Below, in pieces: positions 25,175-37,244 of a DNA stretch of 64,000 bases; position 1 is the first letter of the stretch; each line of letters opens with the position of its first letter. A program made the translations under genes and the position numbers. Below the pieces are notes generated by a model. The model saw only the letters and a program-made list of their open reading frames with translations, did no database searches and was not told the origin of the DNA. The stretch is from Desulfomicrobium sp. (GTDB lineage: Bacteria; Desulfobacterota; Desulfovibrionia; Desulfovibrionales; Desulfomicrobiaceae): NCBI GenBank assembly GCA_040768745.1, contig JAXGMI010000001.1, forward strand, positions 1,408,001-1,472,000, given 5' to 3'.

Positions 25175-26425
25175 GTGGCCAGCATTCGCAAAGGCTTGCT
25201 CCAGCTCGTTTTTTCCGGCAGTTTCATGAAGCGCTGGAATGACAAGATGCGCCCGATGGAACTGGTGGAGGTGGACAAGCAGGCACACAAGATGATCGCG
25301 GCCTGGCTTCTTTTTGAACTCAACTCTGTCGACCTTCCGGCCGAGGCCAAGTCCAGTCTGGGAGAGGACATAGTCCGGGGCGGTATTTACGACTATCTCT
25401 ACCGGCTGGTCATCACCGACATCAAACCCCCCATCTTCTACCAGATCAAGGCGAATCCAGCACACTACCAGAAGTTGACAGCCTGGGTCCTGGATCAGCT
25501 CCAGCCCCGGGTTCAACCCCTGGGCAAGGATTTCTGGGACGGAATGCGTTGCCATTTCGAACATCAGGTCCGCCGGGACGAGACCTTGGCCTCCCGCATC
25601 CTGGACGCTGCCCATCTTTTTGCCAGCCGTTGGGAGTTCCATCTGATCCGTGATCTCAACCCTTGGGATGAGGAAATGGCTGACATCGAGGCCAATTTCC
25701 AGCGCAGTCTGGAGGCCCATCTCGACCTGGTCGGGGTGCAGCAGCTCCTGAAAGGACCGGGCACCAGACTTGGCAAGTTTGCGTATATGTGCGGACAACT
25801 CCGCTTTCAGAAAAGATGGTCCCAGACCCCGCGCATCCCTGAAACGTCGGTCCTGGGGCACATGTTCATTGTGGCCTGTCTGGCCTATTTTTTCAGCCTG
25901 GCGGTAGGTGCCTGCCCGGTGCGGCGGCACAACAATTTTTATGCCGGCCTGTTCCATGACGTGCCGGAACTTCTGACCAGGGACATCATTTCCCCGGTCA
26001 AAAGTTCGGTCCAGGGCATCGGCGATCTGATCCGCGAGTACGAAGCCAGGGAACTCGAGCGCCGCCTTTTTTCCATCCTGGACCGTGCGGTATATGCAGA
26101 TCTGGTCAAGCGTCTGGGATATTTTCTGGGCATCGAGGTAGGATCTGAATTCGAGTCCACCATCATCCATGATGGGAGGGCGCGCATTGTCAGTTGGGAT
26201 CAACTGCAAGGACAGTACAACGCCGACCGCTTTTGTCCCAAGGACGGCCGAATGCTCAAGATCTGCGATCATCTGGCCGCTTTCCTGGAAGCCTACACGG
26301 CGTTGTCCAACGGCATTACCAACGCACAACTGCAGCAGGCCTTGTGGAGGATCCGGACCAAGTACCAAAATGATGCCCTCACCGAGGAGCTGCATATCGG
26401 TGCCTTGCTGGCTGATTTTGAATGA
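25175..26425 (+). CDS. HD-domain protein
   Basis: MKRWND, ETSVLGH, LFHDVPELLTRDIISPVK; GGAGG RBS. Confidence 0.85.
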   Translation: MASIRKGLLQLVFSGSFMKRWNDKMRPMELVEVDKQAHKMIAAWLLFELNSVDLPAEAKSSLGEDIVRGGIYDYLYRLVITDIKPPIFYQIKANPAHYQKLTAWVLDQLQPRVQPLGKDFWDGMRCHFEHQVRRDETLASRILDAAHLFASRWEFHLIRDLNPWDEEMADIEANFQRSLEAHLDLVGVQQLLKGPGTRLGKFAYMCGQLRFQKRWSQTPRIPETSVLGHMFIVACLAYFFSLAVGACPVRRHNNFYAGLFHDVPELLTRDIISPVKSSVQGIGDLIREYEARELERRLFSILDRAVYADLVKRLGYFLGIEVGSEFESTIIHDGRARIVSWDQLQGQYNADRFCPKDGRMLKICDHLAAFLEAYTALSNGITNAQLQQALWRIRTKYQNDALTEELHIGALLADFE

Positions 26426-26625
26426 CGCTGGGGATGTCTCCGGGCATTTCGCTCCTCATGTGCATCGCAGAGATGTTCCTGTGCGCCCCTTTTTGTCGGA
26501 CTTCGGCGGGAGAGGGTCGAGGCATATCCATGGCCAGGACAGGGGTTGAAAACTGCTGTCCGTCGCATTCATGCTAACCGAGCCGGGTGTTTTGCGCCCG
26601 CTCTTCATTATCAAGGGGGGTTGTT

Positions 26626-27105
26626 ATGCTCTTACGTAAACGGGTCTGGGACATCATGCGCGAGGACTATGTATCCGTGCGCGAGGATGCGAGTCTGGCG
26701 GAAGCGATCACGGCCTTACTCGCAAGTCGAAAAACACAGAAGGACAACGGCTTTGTCCTGGTTTTTTCCAAAACCGGTCAGTTTCTTGGTATCCTGTCCA
26801 TGTGGAACCTGGTGCAGGGTATCGGGCCTTGTTTGCTCAAGGGCTCTGTCCTGACCGGCGATGAAGTGGACTGGGACAACGCTTTTTCCCGGGCCTGTCG
26901 CAGCTGTGCGCAAGTGCGCATCAATGAATGCCTGCAGACCGATATTCCTGTGGTCAAGCCCAACGACCCTTTGGCCCGGATGCTGGAAGTTTTTTTGGAT
27001 TACCGCCGGGGTCGAGCCGTGGTGGAGGAAGGAGGAAAGATCATTGGGGTGGTCACCCTGGCCGATCTGTTTGCGGAAATCGGAAACTCCCTGATAGTCA
27101 AGTGA
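26626..27105 (+). CDS. CBS-domain protein
   Basis: VWDIMREDY..., VVEEGGKIIGVVTLADL. Confidence 0.85.
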   Translation: MLLRKRVWDIMREDYVSVREDASLAEAITALLASRKTQKDNGFVLVFSKTGQFLGILSMWNLVQGIGPCLLKGSVLTGDEVDWDNAFSRACRSCAQVRINECLQTDIPVVKPNDPLARMLEVFLDYRRGRAVVEEGGKIIGVVTLADLFAEIGNSLIVK

Positions 27106-27127
27106 TTGCCGGTCGATCCTGTGCGTG

Positions 27128-27171
27128 AACAACAATCCCCTCTCTGCCAACGCAGGGAGGGGATTGTTGTT
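27128..27171. terminator. Bidirectional stem-loop between convergent CBS gene and lon
   Basis: AACAACAATCCCCTC...GAGGGGATTGTTGTT. Confidence 0.7.
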
Positions 27172-27179
27172 GCCGTCCT

Positions 27180-29594
27180 TTATTTGTTGGCCCCTGAGCG
27201 AACTTCGGGCCAGATCTCGTCGATGGCCTGCACGGTCTTGACCGTGATCCGCTTGCGGAGGTCCTTGGGTATCTCATCCAGGTCATGGGCGTTTCTGGCC
27301 GGGATAAGGACCTTGTCCACCCCATGGCTAACAGCCGCCAGAATTTTTTCCTTGATCCCGCCCACAGGCAAGACCCGACCACGAAGGGTGATTTCGCCGG
27401 TCATGGCCACGTCCGGGGCAATGGGCTCATTGGTGATGGCGGAGAGCAAGGCCGTTACAAGGGTGACTCCAGCCGAGGGGCCATCCTTGGGAGTGGCTCC
27501 AGCCGGGACGTGGATATGGATGTCGTGGGTGTCGAAGAAGTCCTCGGCAATTCCAAGGCTGGCGCTTTTGCTGCGGGCATAGCTCAATGCAGCCTGGGCG
27601 CTTTCCTTCATCACATCTCCGAGCTTTCCGGTCAGAATCAGCTTGCCTTTACCAGGCAGGAGACTGCACTCAATGTGCAGGATTTCACCGCCGTAAGGGG
27701 TCCATGCCAGGCCCAGGGCCACTCCGGCGGGCATGCTGTTTTCCCGCTCCTCATCCATGAATTTGGGCTGCCCCAGCAGCTTGACCAATGATGCGCTGGT
27801 CACCCGGAAAGGGCCTTTCCGGCCTTCTGCCACCTTGCGCGCGTATTTGCGGCAGACCGAGCCGATCTCTCTTTCCAGGTTCCTCAGGCCCGCCTCGCGG
27901 GTGTACCCCCGGATGATCTCCGCCAGAACCGCATCCGATACAATCAGAGTTTCCTCGGACAGGCCGTTTTCCTTGATCTGGCGGGTCAGCAGGTAGCGTC
28001 GGGCTATGGTGATCTTTTCCTGCTCCGTGTATCCGGGAATGCGGATGACCTCCATCCGGTCCAGCAGGGCCGACGGAATGGTGTCGAGCATGTTGGCCGT
28101 GCAGATGAACATGACCTTGGACAGGTCGTAGGGCACGTTCAGGTAGTGGTCCGTGAAGGAGTTGTTCTGTTCCGGATCGAGCACTTCGAGCAGGGCCGAG
28201 GATGGGTCTCCCCGAAAATCGTTGCCGAGCTTGTCAATCTCGTCAAGCATTATGACTGGATTGATGGTCCCGGCATCCTTCATGGACTGGATGATGCGGC
28301 CAGGCATGGCTCCTATGTAGGTTCTGCGGTGCCCCCGGATTTCCGCCTCGTCGCGCATACCGCCCAGAGACATGCGCACGAATTTTCGTCCCAAGGACCG
28401 GGCGATGGATTTGCCCAGCGACGTCTTGCCCACACCCGGAGGACCCACGAAGCAGAGTATGGGCCCCTTCATGGTGGGGTTCAGCTTCCTGACGCTCAGG
28501 TATTCGAGAATGCGCTCCTTGACCTTCTCCAGGTCATAGTGGTCGTCGTTGAGAATTTTGGCCGCTTCCATGATGTCGAGACGATCCTTGGACGTCTTCT
28601 TCCACGGCAGGTCGATGATCCAATCCAGATAGGTGCGCAGAATCGTGGATTCTGAACTGTCTGGATGCATGGACTCCAAACGGGAAAGCTGCTTGTCCGC
28701 TTCCTTTTTGACCTTCTTGGGCAGTCCGATGGAGTTGAGGGCACTTCTGAGATCCTCCATTTCGTCGCTTTCTCCGCCCTTGTCTCCCAGTTCCCGGCGG
28801 ATGGCCTTCAGTTGCTCGCGCAGGAAGTATTCGCGCTGGGCTTTGTCCATGCCTTCCTTGGCCATGTTCTGGATCTTGGCCTGCATGGAAGCGACCTCGA
28901 CTTCCTTGACCAACTGGGAATTAACCAGGCTCAGACGCTCAATGGGGTCGTGGCTTTCCAGGATGCGTTGCGCTTCAGAAGATTTCATGCGCAGGTTGGA
29001 GGCGACCAGGTCGGCCAGCCGGCCGTGATCGTTCACGGCGTTCAAGACGTTCATGATCTCGGATGAATCAATACCCCGTAAGGTCAGTATTTTTTCGCTC
29101 TGCTCCTTGACCGAGCGCAACAGTGCTTCCTCTTCGGGGCCAGGGTTCTCGACCACCAGTTCGTCAATAGGCTCGATGTGGACCATGTCGAAGGGCTCAT
29201 GATGCACAAATCTGGTGATGCGTGCCCTGGTCAGGCCTTGGACCAGGACTTTCAACCTGCCATCCGGCATCTTCAACATGCGCATGATCATGGCCACGGT
29301 TCCGATCTCATAGAGATCGTCCGGCCCGGGGTCGTCAATTCCCTCGTCCTTCTGGGTACAGATGAGGATGTAGCGGTTGCTGTTCAAGGCTGCATCGACG
29401 GCCTGCACGCTCTTTTCGCGGCCAACGAAGAGGGGCAGGATCATAAAGTTGAAAACGACGATGTCCCGGACTGCCAAAAGGGGCATGGTGGTTGGGATCT
29501 CTGCTTCCTGTGCAGCGCTGTCGGCATTTGCTGTATCGGGATTTTCACCTCTGAGTTCTTTGTTTTCAGGGGAAAATGTCTTCTCATCAGCCAT
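27180..29594 (-). CDS. lon: ATP-dependent protease La
   Basis: GPPGVGKTS, RGHRRTYIGAMPG, PKDGPSAG. Confidence 0.98.
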   Translation of the reverse strand: MADEKTFSPENKELRGENPDTANADSAAQEAEIPTTMPLLAVRDIVVFNFMILPLFVGREKSVQAVDAALNSNRYILICTQKDEGIDDPGPDDLYEIGTVAMIMRMLKMPDGRLKVLVQGLTRARITRFVHHEPFDMVHIEPIDELVVENPGPEEEALLRSVKEQSEKILTLRGIDSSEIMNVLNAVNDHGRLADLVASNLRMKSSEAQRILESHDPIERLSLVNSQLVKEVEVASMQAKIQNMAKEGMDKAQREYFLREQLKAIRRELGDKGGESDEMEDLRSALNSIGLPKKVKKEADKQLSRLESMHPDSSESTILRTYLDWIIDLPWKKTSKDRLDIMEAAKILNDDHYDLEKVKERILEYLSVRKLNPTMKGPILCFVGPPGVGKTSLGKSIARSLGRKFVRMSLGGMRDEAEIRGHRRTYIGAMPGRIIQSMKDAGTINPVIMLDEIDKLGNDFRGDPSSALLEVLDPEQNNSFTDHYLNVPYDLSKVMFICTANMLDTIPSALLDRMEVIRIPGYTEQEKITIARRYLLTRQIKENGLSEETLIVSDAVLAEIIRGYTREAGLRNLEREIGSVCRKYARKVAEGRKGPFRVTSASLVKLLGQPKFMDEERENSMPAGVALGLAWTPYGGEILHIECSLLPGKGKLILTGKLGDVMKESAQAALSYARSKSASLGIAEDFFDTHDIHIHVPAGATPKDGPSAGVTLVTALLSAITNEPIAPDVAMTGEITLRGRVLPVGGIKEKILAAVSHGVDKVLIPARNAHDLDEIPKDLRKRITVKTVQAIDEIWPEVRSGANK

Positions 29595-29721
29595 AAAAAT
29601 CTCCTCATGCTGGTGTAATAGAGCTCATCGAGCCCACAAAAAAGCAAATCCTGACAGTTATAAGGCGAATTACGGTTCAGGCAAGGGAAAAAAAGGCGTT
29701 CAGCCCATTTTGGAGGGGAGA

Positions 29722-30405
29722 TCAGAGCAAACCAAGGGCACGGAAGCTGGAGTAGTGCTCCCCAGTCACCACAAGGTGGTCCAGGAGGCGCAGGCCGATG
29801 TCCGTGGCCAGGCGAGAGATGGCTTCCGTCAGTTTTCTGTCCTGGAGGGAAGGGTTGGCGTCGCCGCCCGGATGGTTGTGGACCAGGATCAGGCCGCTGG
29901 CGTGATGACGCAGGGTCAGTTCAAGAATTTCCCGTGGATATGCCGCAGTCTGATCCACGGTTCCGCGAAAAATTTGTTCAAAAAGGATGAGTCTGTTTTG
30001 ATTATCGACCAGTATGATCCAGAATTCTTCCTTGGTCAGATGCCCCAGTCGGGAGCAGACCATGTCCCTGACCTGATCAGGGGTGGAGAATTTTTCCTTG
30101 TTCACTACGGGAGATCCGGCCTTTCTGACCAGGCATTCCTGCATGACCCGCCAAAAAGTTGCTGCGCCCTGGCCCAGACCGGGTATGTCCATGATGCGCG
30201 AGGGGTCGGTCAGCAAGGCGTTTCCCAATGATCCAAAGCGGGCCAACAATTCCTTGGCCATGGGCTTGGTGTCCTTGCGGGGCAGGGCATAGGTCAACAG
30301 GAGTTCCAGCAGCTCGTAGTCGGCCAGCTCTCGTGGATTGGAGATCAGTCGGTCCCGTAAACGTTGACGATGGCCGAGATAATGGGGCGTGGCTTCCCTC
30401 ACCAT
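29722..30405 (-). CDS. radC: RadC/JAB-domain protein
   Basis: GHRQRLR, YELLELLL, HNHPGG..PSLQD, LLDHLVV. Confidence 0.92.
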   Translation of the reverse strand: MVREATPHYLGHRQRLRDRLISNPRELADYELLELLLTYALPRKDTKPMAKELLARFGSLGNALLTDPSRIMDIPGLGQGAATFWRVMQECLVRKAGSPVVNKEKFSTPDQVRDMVCSRLGHLTKEEFWIILVDNQNRLILFEQIFRGTVDQTAAYPREILELTLRHHASGLILVHNHPGGDANPSLQDRKLTEAISRLATDIGLRLLDHLVVTGEHYSSFRALGLL

Positions 30406-31352
30406 ACGCGCTGGACATCCTTGATCAGATTTTCCATGGCCTGGGCAGGTTTGAGACGTCCGGTCTTGATGTCGGTGTCGGCCTTGAGGGCCAAGTCCCA
30501 GAACCGGCTGATCCGGTTTGGGCCAAGGCGTTGGGCAAGACGCTTTTTTTCCGCCTTCATACCAGGATGAAGCTGGACCTTGTCCTCGTCGCCGTGGAGG
30601 ATCTGCCATAGCTGCCTGGCCTCGCGCAGCAGCAGGGCCGAGACAGGGAAGACCATGTCACCGCTGGACAGGGCCGGATCGTTCAGCAGGTGGTTCCAGA
30701 CTTTTTGGCGGCCAGCTGAGTCGTGCAGGGAGCGCAGGAAAGAGAAAATCTCGATGCCATCCTCGCCAGGCAGTGATTGGAGGTGGCTTGGCCTGATTGT
30801 GCCCCCCTCGCCGGCCAGAAGAAGGATTTTTTCCATTTCGTTGCGCAGAGCAATGGTGGTGAGGGGCAGTGTCTGGATGAGGGACTGGCGGACTCCCGGG
30901 GCAAAGTTCAGGCCATAGCGCTGGGCAAAGCGGTCCACTTCCGCGCCGAGAGTCTTGCGGTTCAGGCCGGCGTGTTCCCAGACCCACCCTTTTTTCTGGG
31001 CCACGGCCCAGTATTTGCCTCTGATCACGGCTTTCGGCACGGTCGGTTTACCTTTCTGCCAATCGCCTTCCAGGCAGAAAAAGGGCCAGATCGAGACCCT
31101 GGCCATGGCCAGCAGTGGTTCGATTCTGGCCCAGAATTCATCCTTCTGGTCCTGGGCCCGGCGCAGCACGACGGCGTTGGGTTGGCCCATCATGGCGGGC
31201 ACGGTCAGGGCCTGCCAGTATCCGCTCGGCAATTCCTCGTCACCCCAGAAGACCTTGGCCATGAAGGGGGTGTCCTGAAGCAGCTCCGCCACCCGATCCT
31301 TGATCAGTTCTGCATCCGTGCAGACGAGAAAGGTAAAGCCTTGCCTGGACAT
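30399..31352 (-). CDS. holA: DNA polymerase III delta-like subunit
   Basis: leuS-lptE-holA synteny; LRNEMEKILL; DTDIKTG. Confidence 0.7.
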   Translation of the reverse strand: MSRQGFTFLVCTDAELIKDRVAELLQDTPFMAKVFWGDEELPSGYWQALTVPAMMGQPNAVVLRRAQDQKDEFWARIEPLLAMARVSIWPFFCLEGDWQKGKPTVPKAVIRGKYWAVAQKKGWVWEHAGLNRKTLGAEVDRFAQRYGLNFAPGVRQSLIQTLPLTTIALRNEMEKILLLAGEGGTIRPSHLQSLPGEDGIEIFSFLRSLHDSAGRQKVWNHLLNDPALSSGDMVFPVSALLLREARQLWQILHGDEDKVQLHPGMKAEKKRLAQRLGPNRISRFWDLALKADTDIKTGRLKPAQAMENLIKDVQRVW

Positions 31353-31355
31353 GCG

Positions 31356-31874
31356 TCAGAATTTCTGACCAAGGCGGTCTGCTACCATGCGCATCGCCAA
31401 GTCCACCGCGTTTTGGGTCGCTTCGCGCTTTCCGGCAGGCCTCAGGTAGTGGCCTGCGTTGGCGCGTGCCTCCGCGGATGCTCTGTAGGACTCTGTGGCC
31501 ATTACAGGACCGGAAGTCCAGATCAGCGCGTTGGTTCTCGCGTCGAAAAAGCTGACCTCCAGTTGGATGCGGGCCTCGGATTTGACGGTCACGTCGTCCC
31601 GCCCCTTGACCGCATCGGCCGTGCTGTATGAGCGCACGTCCACCGTGACCGTGGCCTGGGCCTCGTTCTGGGAAACCCAGACAACGTTCCCCCTTCGGGT
31701 CAATTCATCGCGCAGACTGGTCCTGATCATAGGTTCTAGCCAGGTTTCCGTGGTTGGGTTGGTCACCTTGCTCAAGAACAATTTGGTACTGTCCTGGGGC
31801 AAAACAATGGGTGAGTTTGCCGTTAGTTCATACCCGCAGGCGGACATCATGGCGATGCAGAACACCGCCCCCAT
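31356..31874 (-). CDS. lptE: LPS assembly lipoprotein LptE (start uncertain)
   Basis: Lipobox MSACGY; position directly after leuS. Confidence 0.75.
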   Translation of the reverse strand: MGAVFCIAMMSACGYELTANSPIVLPQDSTKLFLSKVTNPTTETWLEPMIRTSLRDELTRRGNVVWVSQNEAQATVTVDVRSYSTADAVKGRDDVTVKSEARIQLEVSFFDARTNALIWTSGPVMATESYRASAEARANAGHYLRPAGKREATQNAVDLAMRMVADRLGQKF

Positions 31875-31878
31875 CAGC

Positions 31879-34368
31879 CTAGCGAACCACCACGCTGACC
31901 AGTTTGCCGGGAATGACGATAGTTTTGACAATGGTTTTGCCCTCGATGTGTCGCGCAACATTTTGATCGGCCAAGGCCTGGGCCTCGATTTCTGCGGATG
32001 AGGCGTCGGTCGGTACAGTGATCTGCCCCCGCAACTTGCCGTTCACCTGCACCACCACGGTTACTTCGTTTGTTTTGAGGGCTTCTGGGTCGTAGGATGG
32101 CCATGGCTCCAAAGCCAGGGGCCTGGTATAGCCCATGCGGGCCCAGAGTTCCTCGCAGATGTGCGGCGCAATGGGGGAGAGGGTCACCAGAACCGAGGAA
32201 ATGGCCGACGACAACAGCAAGGGGCCGTCAGGGTGCCCGCGCAATTCGTCTTTGACGGCATAGAGCGTGTTGACCAGTTCCATCATGGCGGCGATGGCCG
32301 TGTTGAATTGGAATTTGTTTTCGATGTCGCGCTCCACGCGTCGGACCGTATCGTGCTCCTTGCGGCGCAGGTCCCTCCCGATGGGGTCCAGAAGGCTGGC
32401 AACCCTGGCACAGGGACCACAGGCCGTCAGTGCGCCCTCAAGTTCATCCACCAGGCGCCACAGACGGGACAGGAAACGGTTGGCGCCTTCGATGCCCTTG
32501 TCGTTCCATTCCAGGTCCTTTTCCGGGGGCGCGGCAAAAAGGCAGAACAAACGAACCGTGTCTGCCCCGTACTGCTCTATCATTTCATCAGGGTCGACCA
32601 CGTTTCCCTTGGATTTGGACATCTTCGAGCCGTGCAGCAGGACCATGCCCTGAGTCAGCAGGTTCTGGAAGGGTTCATCATGGGAGAGGTAGCCTTCATC
32701 CCTCAGGGCTTTGACAAAGAAGCGGGAATACAAAAGGTGGAGGATGGCGTGTTCGATACCCCCGATGTACTGGTCCACAGGCATCCAGTAGGCAATGTCC
32801 TCGGCAGTGAAGGGTGAGTCTTCGTTGCGAGCTGCTGTATACCTTGCAAAGTACCAGGAAGATTCCACAAAGGTGTCCATGGTGTCGGTCTCGCGCCGGG
32901 AAGGCTTGCCACACGCGGGGCACGACACGGTGACGAAGGACGCACAGGATGGCAGCGGAGAACGCCCATCCGGATTGACCTGCACGTCCAGGGGCAGTTC
33001 CACGGGCAGATCCGTTTCCGGGACCGCCACGATGCCGCAGGCGTCGCAGTACACAACAGGGATGGGCGCTCCCCAGTACCGCTGGCGGGAGATGTTCCAG
33101 TCCCTCAGCCGATAGTTGACCGTGGGCCTGCCCAGACCTTTGGCGCCGAGCATGGACACGATGGCGTCCTTGGCTGCTTCGGAATCCATGCCGTCGAACT
33201 CGCCGGAATTGGTCATCACCCCGGGCTGGGTATAGGCTTCGACCATGGAATCCGCTTCCAGTGTTGCATCCCTGGGGCTGATGACAACAACCTTGGACAG
33301 ACCGTATTTGGCCGCAAATTCAAAGTCTCGCTGGTCATGGGCAGGAACGGCCATAACCGCCCCGGTGCCGTAGCCCATGAGCACAAAGTTGGCCACGTAG
33401 ATGGGCATCTCCCGGCCAGTGACCGGATTGATGCAGTACCTGCCGGTGAAGACGCCCTCCTTTTCCAGATCCTCGGCCGTGCGCACGATGCGGTCCATCT
33501 TGGAGATGCGCTCAACGAAGGCGCGGATGTCATTCTCCTGTCCCGTGCCGGAAATAAGCTTTTCCACCAGCGGGTGCTCGGGGGCCAGGCTCATGAAGGT
33601 CGCCCCGTAGAGCGTGTCCGGCCGAGTGGTGAAAACCGTGATCTGCTCGTCCATGCCTTTGATGGAAAACGCAAGTTCGGCGCCCACACTCTTGCCGATC
33701 CAGTTGCGCTGCATGGTCAGGACACGTTCTGGCCAGCCCCCGACCAACTGGTCGAGGTCAGCCAGGAGTTCTTCGGCATAGTCCGTGATGCGCAGGAACC
33801 ACTGCGACAATTCCTTCTGCTGGACCTCCGAGTCGCAGCGCCAGCACAGTCCCTCTTCGACCTGTTCGTTGGCCAGGACCGTATGGCAGCTGGGGCACCA
33901 GTTCACAGGGGCTTTCTTGCGGTAGGCCAGCCCCTTTTTAAGAAACTTGAGAAAAAACTCCTGCTCGAAGCGATAATACTTGGGGTGGCAGGTGGCGATC
34001 TCCCGTTCCCAGTCGTAGGAATAGCCCAGGCGCATCAGCTGGGTACGCATGTAGTCAATATTCTCGTAGGTCCATTTGGCGGGGTGGGTACTGTTCTTGA
34101 TGGCCGCGTTTTCCGCAGGCAGGCCAAAGGCGTCCCAGCCCATGGGATGGAAGACGTTGAAGCCCTGCATGCGTTTGTACCGGGCCACCACGTCGCCGAT
34201 GGAATAGTTACGCACATGGCCCATGTGGATGCGACCGGACGGGTATGGGAACATTTCCAGGACGTAGTACTTCCTCTTTTTCCTGCTCACGTCGGTCCGG
34301 AAGCAGGCCTGGTCTGCCCACGTCTTTTGCCATTTCTCCTCAATCGTCTTGAAATCGTACTGCGCCAT
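31879..34368 (-). CDS. leuS: Leucine--tRNA ligase
   Basis: [21 protein letters not shown]. Confidence 0.98.
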   Translation of the reverse strand: MAQYDFKTIEEKWQKTWADQACFRTDVSRKKRKYYVLEMFPYPSGRIHMGHVRNYSIGDVVARYKRMQGFNVFHPMGWDAFGLPAENAAIKNSTHPAKWTYENIDYMRTQLMRLGYSYDWEREIATCHPKYYRFEQEFFLKFLKKGLAYRKKAPVNWCPSCHTVLANEQVEEGLCWRCDSEVQQKELSQWFLRITDYAEELLADLDQLVGGWPERVLTMQRNWIGKSVGAELAFSIKGMDEQITVFTTRPDTLYGATFMSLAPEHPLVEKLISGTGQENDIRAFVERISKMDRIVRTAEDLEKEGVFTGRYCINPVTGREMPIYVANFVLMGYGTGAVMAVPAHDQRDFEFAAKYGLSKVVVISPRDATLEADSMVEAYTQPGVMTNSGEFDGMDSEAAKDAIVSMLGAKGLGRPTVNYRLRDWNISRQRYWGAPIPVVYCDACGIVAVPETDLPVELPLDVQVNPDGRSPLPSCASFVTVSCPACGKPSRRETDTMDTFVESSWYFARYTAARNEDSPFTAEDIAYWMPVDQYIGGIEHAILHLLYSRFFVKALRDEGYLSHDEPFQNLLTQGMVLLHGSKMSKSKGNVVDPDEMIEQYGADTVRLFCLFAAPPEKDLEWNDKGIEGANRFLSRLWRLVDELEGALTACGPCARVASLLDPIGRDLRRKEHDTVRRVERDIENKFQFNTAIAAMMELVNTLYAVKDELRGHPDGPLLLSSAISSVLVTLSPIAPHICEELWARMGYTRPLALEPWPSYDPEALKTNEVTVVVQVNGKLRGQITVPTDASSAEIEAQALADQNVARHIEGKTIVKTIVIPGKLVSVVVR

Positions 34369-34405
34369 GCTGTCCTCGATAGCGTGTTCCCGGGAGGGGT
34401 TGTCC

Positions 34406-34840
34406 TCAGCGTTGGTCTCGTTCAGCGCCCTTGGCCGCTGCGTCCAGAACGCCGTTGATGAAAGTCCTGGAGTTGTCGTCTCCGAAATCCTTGGCCAGTT
34501 CTATGGCCTCGTTCATGGCCACTTTGAAGGGAATGTCCGGGCAGAAAAGCATTTCAAACAGGGAGAGCCGCAAAATGGTCAGTTCGACCTTGGCTATGCG
34601 ATTGATTTTCCAGTGTTGGGAGTGCTTGACGATGACGGCATCGATCTCTTCTGCATGGTCCAAGACCCCCTCAACCAAACTCCAGGCAAAGGATTCCCTT
34701 GGATTTTCTCCGAAATCTTCTTCAGTCCAGAAATTGTCAAAGGATCTGGCCAAGGCGTCCTTGGTCGCGTCATGGCTGAAATTCAGCGAGTAGATGACCT
34801 GAAAGGCGAAGCGGCGCTGATGTCTGCGGTTTTGACTCAC
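34406..34840 (-). CDS. nusB: Transcription antitermination factor NusB
   Basis: [21 protein letters not shown]. Confidence 0.95.
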   Translation of the reverse strand: MSQNRRHQRRFAFQVIYSLNFSHDATKDALARSFDNFWTEEDFGENPRESFAWSLVEGVLDHAEEIDAVIVKHSQHWKINRIAKVELTILRLSLFEMLFCPDIPFKVAMNEAIELAKDFGDDNSRTFINGVLDAAAKGAERDQR

Positions 34841-34849
34841 GCTAGGCCT

Positions 34850-35320
34850 CTAAATCTGCTGCAGGACACGCAGGGTTTCCAGGGCTGCAGCGGCGGCGTC
34901 CACCCCTTTGTTGCCGGCCTTGCTCCCGGCTCGTTCAATGGATTGTTCGAGGGAATCCGTGGTCAGCAGACCGAATCCGATGGGGATACCGGTTTCCAGG
35001 GAGACATGGGCGATGCCCTTGGTGGCTTCGCTGCAGACATAGTCGAAATGGGGAGTGGCTCCACGGATGACAGCGCCAACACAGATGATGGCGTCGGCTT
35101 TTCCGGACTTGGCCACCTTGCTGGCCACGACGGGCATTTCGAAGGCCCCGGGAATGCGGATGAGGGTGATGTTCTCGCGCTCAGCTCCATGCCGGATCAG
35201 GTAGTCCACGGCGCCGCCGATGAGCCGGTCCACGATGAAGTCGTTGAAACGGCTGGCGATGATGGTGAATTTGAGGTCCTGGGCCTGCAGATGCCCTTCG
35301 ATGGTTTTGATGTGAAGCAT
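34850..35320 (-). CDS. ribH: 6,7-dimethyl-8-ribityllumazine synthase
   Basis: [29 protein letters not shown]. Confidence 0.96.
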   Translation of the reverse strand: MLHIKTIEGHLQAQDLKFTIIASRFNDFIVDRLIGGAVDYLIRHGAERENITLIRIPGAFEMPVVASKVAKSGKADAIICVGAVIRGATPHFDYVCSEATKGIAHVSLETGIPIGFGLLTTDSLEQSIERAGSKAGNKGVDAAAAALETLRVLQQI

Positions 35321-35333
35321 GAGTCCTCCAAAT

Positions 35334-36548
35334 TTATTTGTTCCCGGCGTCCAGGTGCAGAAGGTGGCCAAGCTTGGCGAACTTGGTGTGCAGATAGCAC
35401 TTGTTTTCCTCGCAGGCCGGAATTTCGATGGGCACCCGCTCTTCAACCTTGAGGCCATAGCCTTCCAGCCCGATGATTTTCTTGGGGTTGTTGGTCATGA
35501 GCTTCATTCGTTTGATACCCAGGTTGACCAGTATCTGGGCCCCCAGGCCGTAGTCGCGCAGGTCAGGGGCGAAGCCCAGTTCAAGGTTTGCCTCCACGGT
35601 GTCACGGCCTTCATCCTGAAGATGGTAGGCCTTGATTTTGTTGCCGAGGCCGATCCCCCGTCCTTCCTGGCGCATGTAGAGGATGACTCCCGCTCCTTCT
35701 TCATTGACCATCTGCATGGCCCGCTGCAGCTGGCTGCCGCAGTCGCAGCGCATGGATCCGAACACGTCGCCAGTCAGGCATTCGCTGTGCACGCGCACCA
35801 GAATCGGTTTGTCTTCGGAGATTTCTCCCTTGACCAGGGCGATATGGGTCTTGGAGTCAATATCGTTTTCAAAGGCCATGATGCTGAATTCGCCGTAGCA
35901 GGTGGGCATGCGGGCCTCGGCCACGCGGCGGACCAGGGAGTCCTTGCGCGATCGGTAGGCGATGAGATCGGCAATGGTGGCGATCTTCATATTGTGCTCG
36001 GCGGCGAACTTGCGAAGTTCCGGCATGCGCGACATGGTCCCATCATCATTCATGATCTCGCAAATGACAGCCGCCCCTTTGAGTCCGGCCAGGCGGGCCA
36101 GATCGACAGACCCTTCGGTCTGCCCTGCCCGGACCAGGACTCCTCCAGGCTTGGCCCGCAAAGGGAAGATGTGGCCAGGGGTGGCGATGTCTTCGGGAGT
36201 GGTGTCGTCGGCCACGGCGGTCTGCACCGTCAGGGCACGGTCGTGGGCCGAGATTCCGGTGGTCACGCCCTGCTTGGCCTCGATGGATACCGTAAAATTG
36301 GTCCCGAACTTGGACGTGTTGCGCTTGGCCATGAGCGGCAGCTGGAGCTTGTCCACCAGCGCAGGCTCAAGGGCCAGACAGATGAGACCCCGGCCGAATC
36401 TGGCCATGAAATTTATGGCCTCAGGGGTGACCTTTTCCGCAGCAATGGTCAGGTCCCCCTCGTTTTCCCGGTCCTCGTCATCCACCAGGACGATCATCCG
36501 GCCTTCCTTTATTTCTTTGATGGCCTCCTCGGCCGTGCACCTGTGCAT
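35334..36548 (-). CDS. ribBA: Bifunctional DHBP synthase / GTP cyclohydrolase II
   Basis: [25 protein letters not shown]. Confidence 0.96.
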   Translation of the reverse strand: MHRCTAEEAIKEIKEGRMIVLVDDEDRENEGDLTIAAEKVTPEAINFMARFGRGLICLALEPALVDKLQLPLMAKRNTSKFGTNFTVSIEAKQGVTTGISAHDRALTVQTAVADDTTPEDIATPGHIFPLRAKPGGVLVRAGQTEGSVDLARLAGLKGAAVICEIMNDDGTMSRMPELRKFAAEHNMKIATIADLIAYRSRKDSLVRRVAEARMPTCYGEFSIMAFENDIDSKTHIALVKGEISEDKPILVRVHSECLTGDVFGSMRCDCGSQLQRAMQMVNEEGAGVILYMRQEGRGIGLGNKIKAYHLQDEGRDTVEANLELGFAPDLRDYGLGAQILVNLGIKRMKLMTNNPKKIIGLEGYGLKVEERVPIEIPACEENKCYLHTKFAKLGHLLHLDAGNK

Positions 36549-36584
36549 ATGTTCCTCGTATGTTGGATTCCCGCGAAGGCGGGA

Positions 36585-37241
36585 TCAAAATCCGTGTTCC
36601 TTCAGAAAATCAGGGGTGATGGCCGACGGTCTGGACGGGGCGGAGGAAGCGGTCCACGGTCCAAGCATACGCTGGACATACTTGCCAATGACGTCGGTCT
36701 CCATGTTGACACGCTGCCCTGGAGTCCAGCCGGAGATGGTTGTTTCCCGCTGCGTGGCCGGGATGATGTTTACTTCCAAATAGTCCTGACCGCAATCGTT
36801 GACAGTCAGGCTGATGCCGTCCAGGGCCACTGAGCCTTTGGGGATTACCTGCCGGGAGAAGGCCGCGTCAAAGCCCAAACGGTAAATCAGGGATTCGCCA
36901 GCCGGACGCATGGACAGGACATGGGCTACGCAGTCGACATGACCAGACACGATATGGCCGCCAATCCTGTCCCCCAGGGACAGGGCCCGCTCCAAATTGA
37001 CCGAGGCGCCTGCGCGCAGGCCGCCAAGGTTGGTGACAGATAAGGTCTCGGCCGAGGCATAGGCAGTGAACCAGTCAGCTCCGAATGTTTCAACGGTGAG
37101 ACAGACTCCGTTTACGGCAATGGACTCACCGTGTTGGTAATCGGTCAGGACAAAGCAGGGACGGAGGGTGAAGCGGGTGTCGTTCCCGCGACGGTCCATC
37201 GTTGCCACGTGACCTGTGCCCTGAATGATGCCAGTGAACAT
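36585..37241 (-). CDS. ribE: Riboflavin synthase
   Basis: MFTGII, SIAVNGVCLTV, GGHIVSGHVD. Confidence 0.96.
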   Translation of the reverse strand: MFTGIIQGTGHVATMDRRGNDTRFTLRPCFVLTDYQHGESIAVNGVCLTVETFGADWFTAYASAETLSVTNLGGLRAGASVNLERALSLGDRIGGHIVSGHVDCVAHVLSMRPAGESLIYRLGFDAAFSRQVIPKGSVALDGISLTVNDCGQDYLEVNIIPATQRETTISGWTPGQRVNMETDVIGKYVQRMLGPWTASSAPSRPSAITPDFLKEHGF

Positions 37242-37244
37242 GCC

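Noticed and set aside
29722..30405. radC as a marker of a mobile element
   Set aside because: Full-length form embedded in the leuS-lptE-holA-radC-lon housekeeping context.
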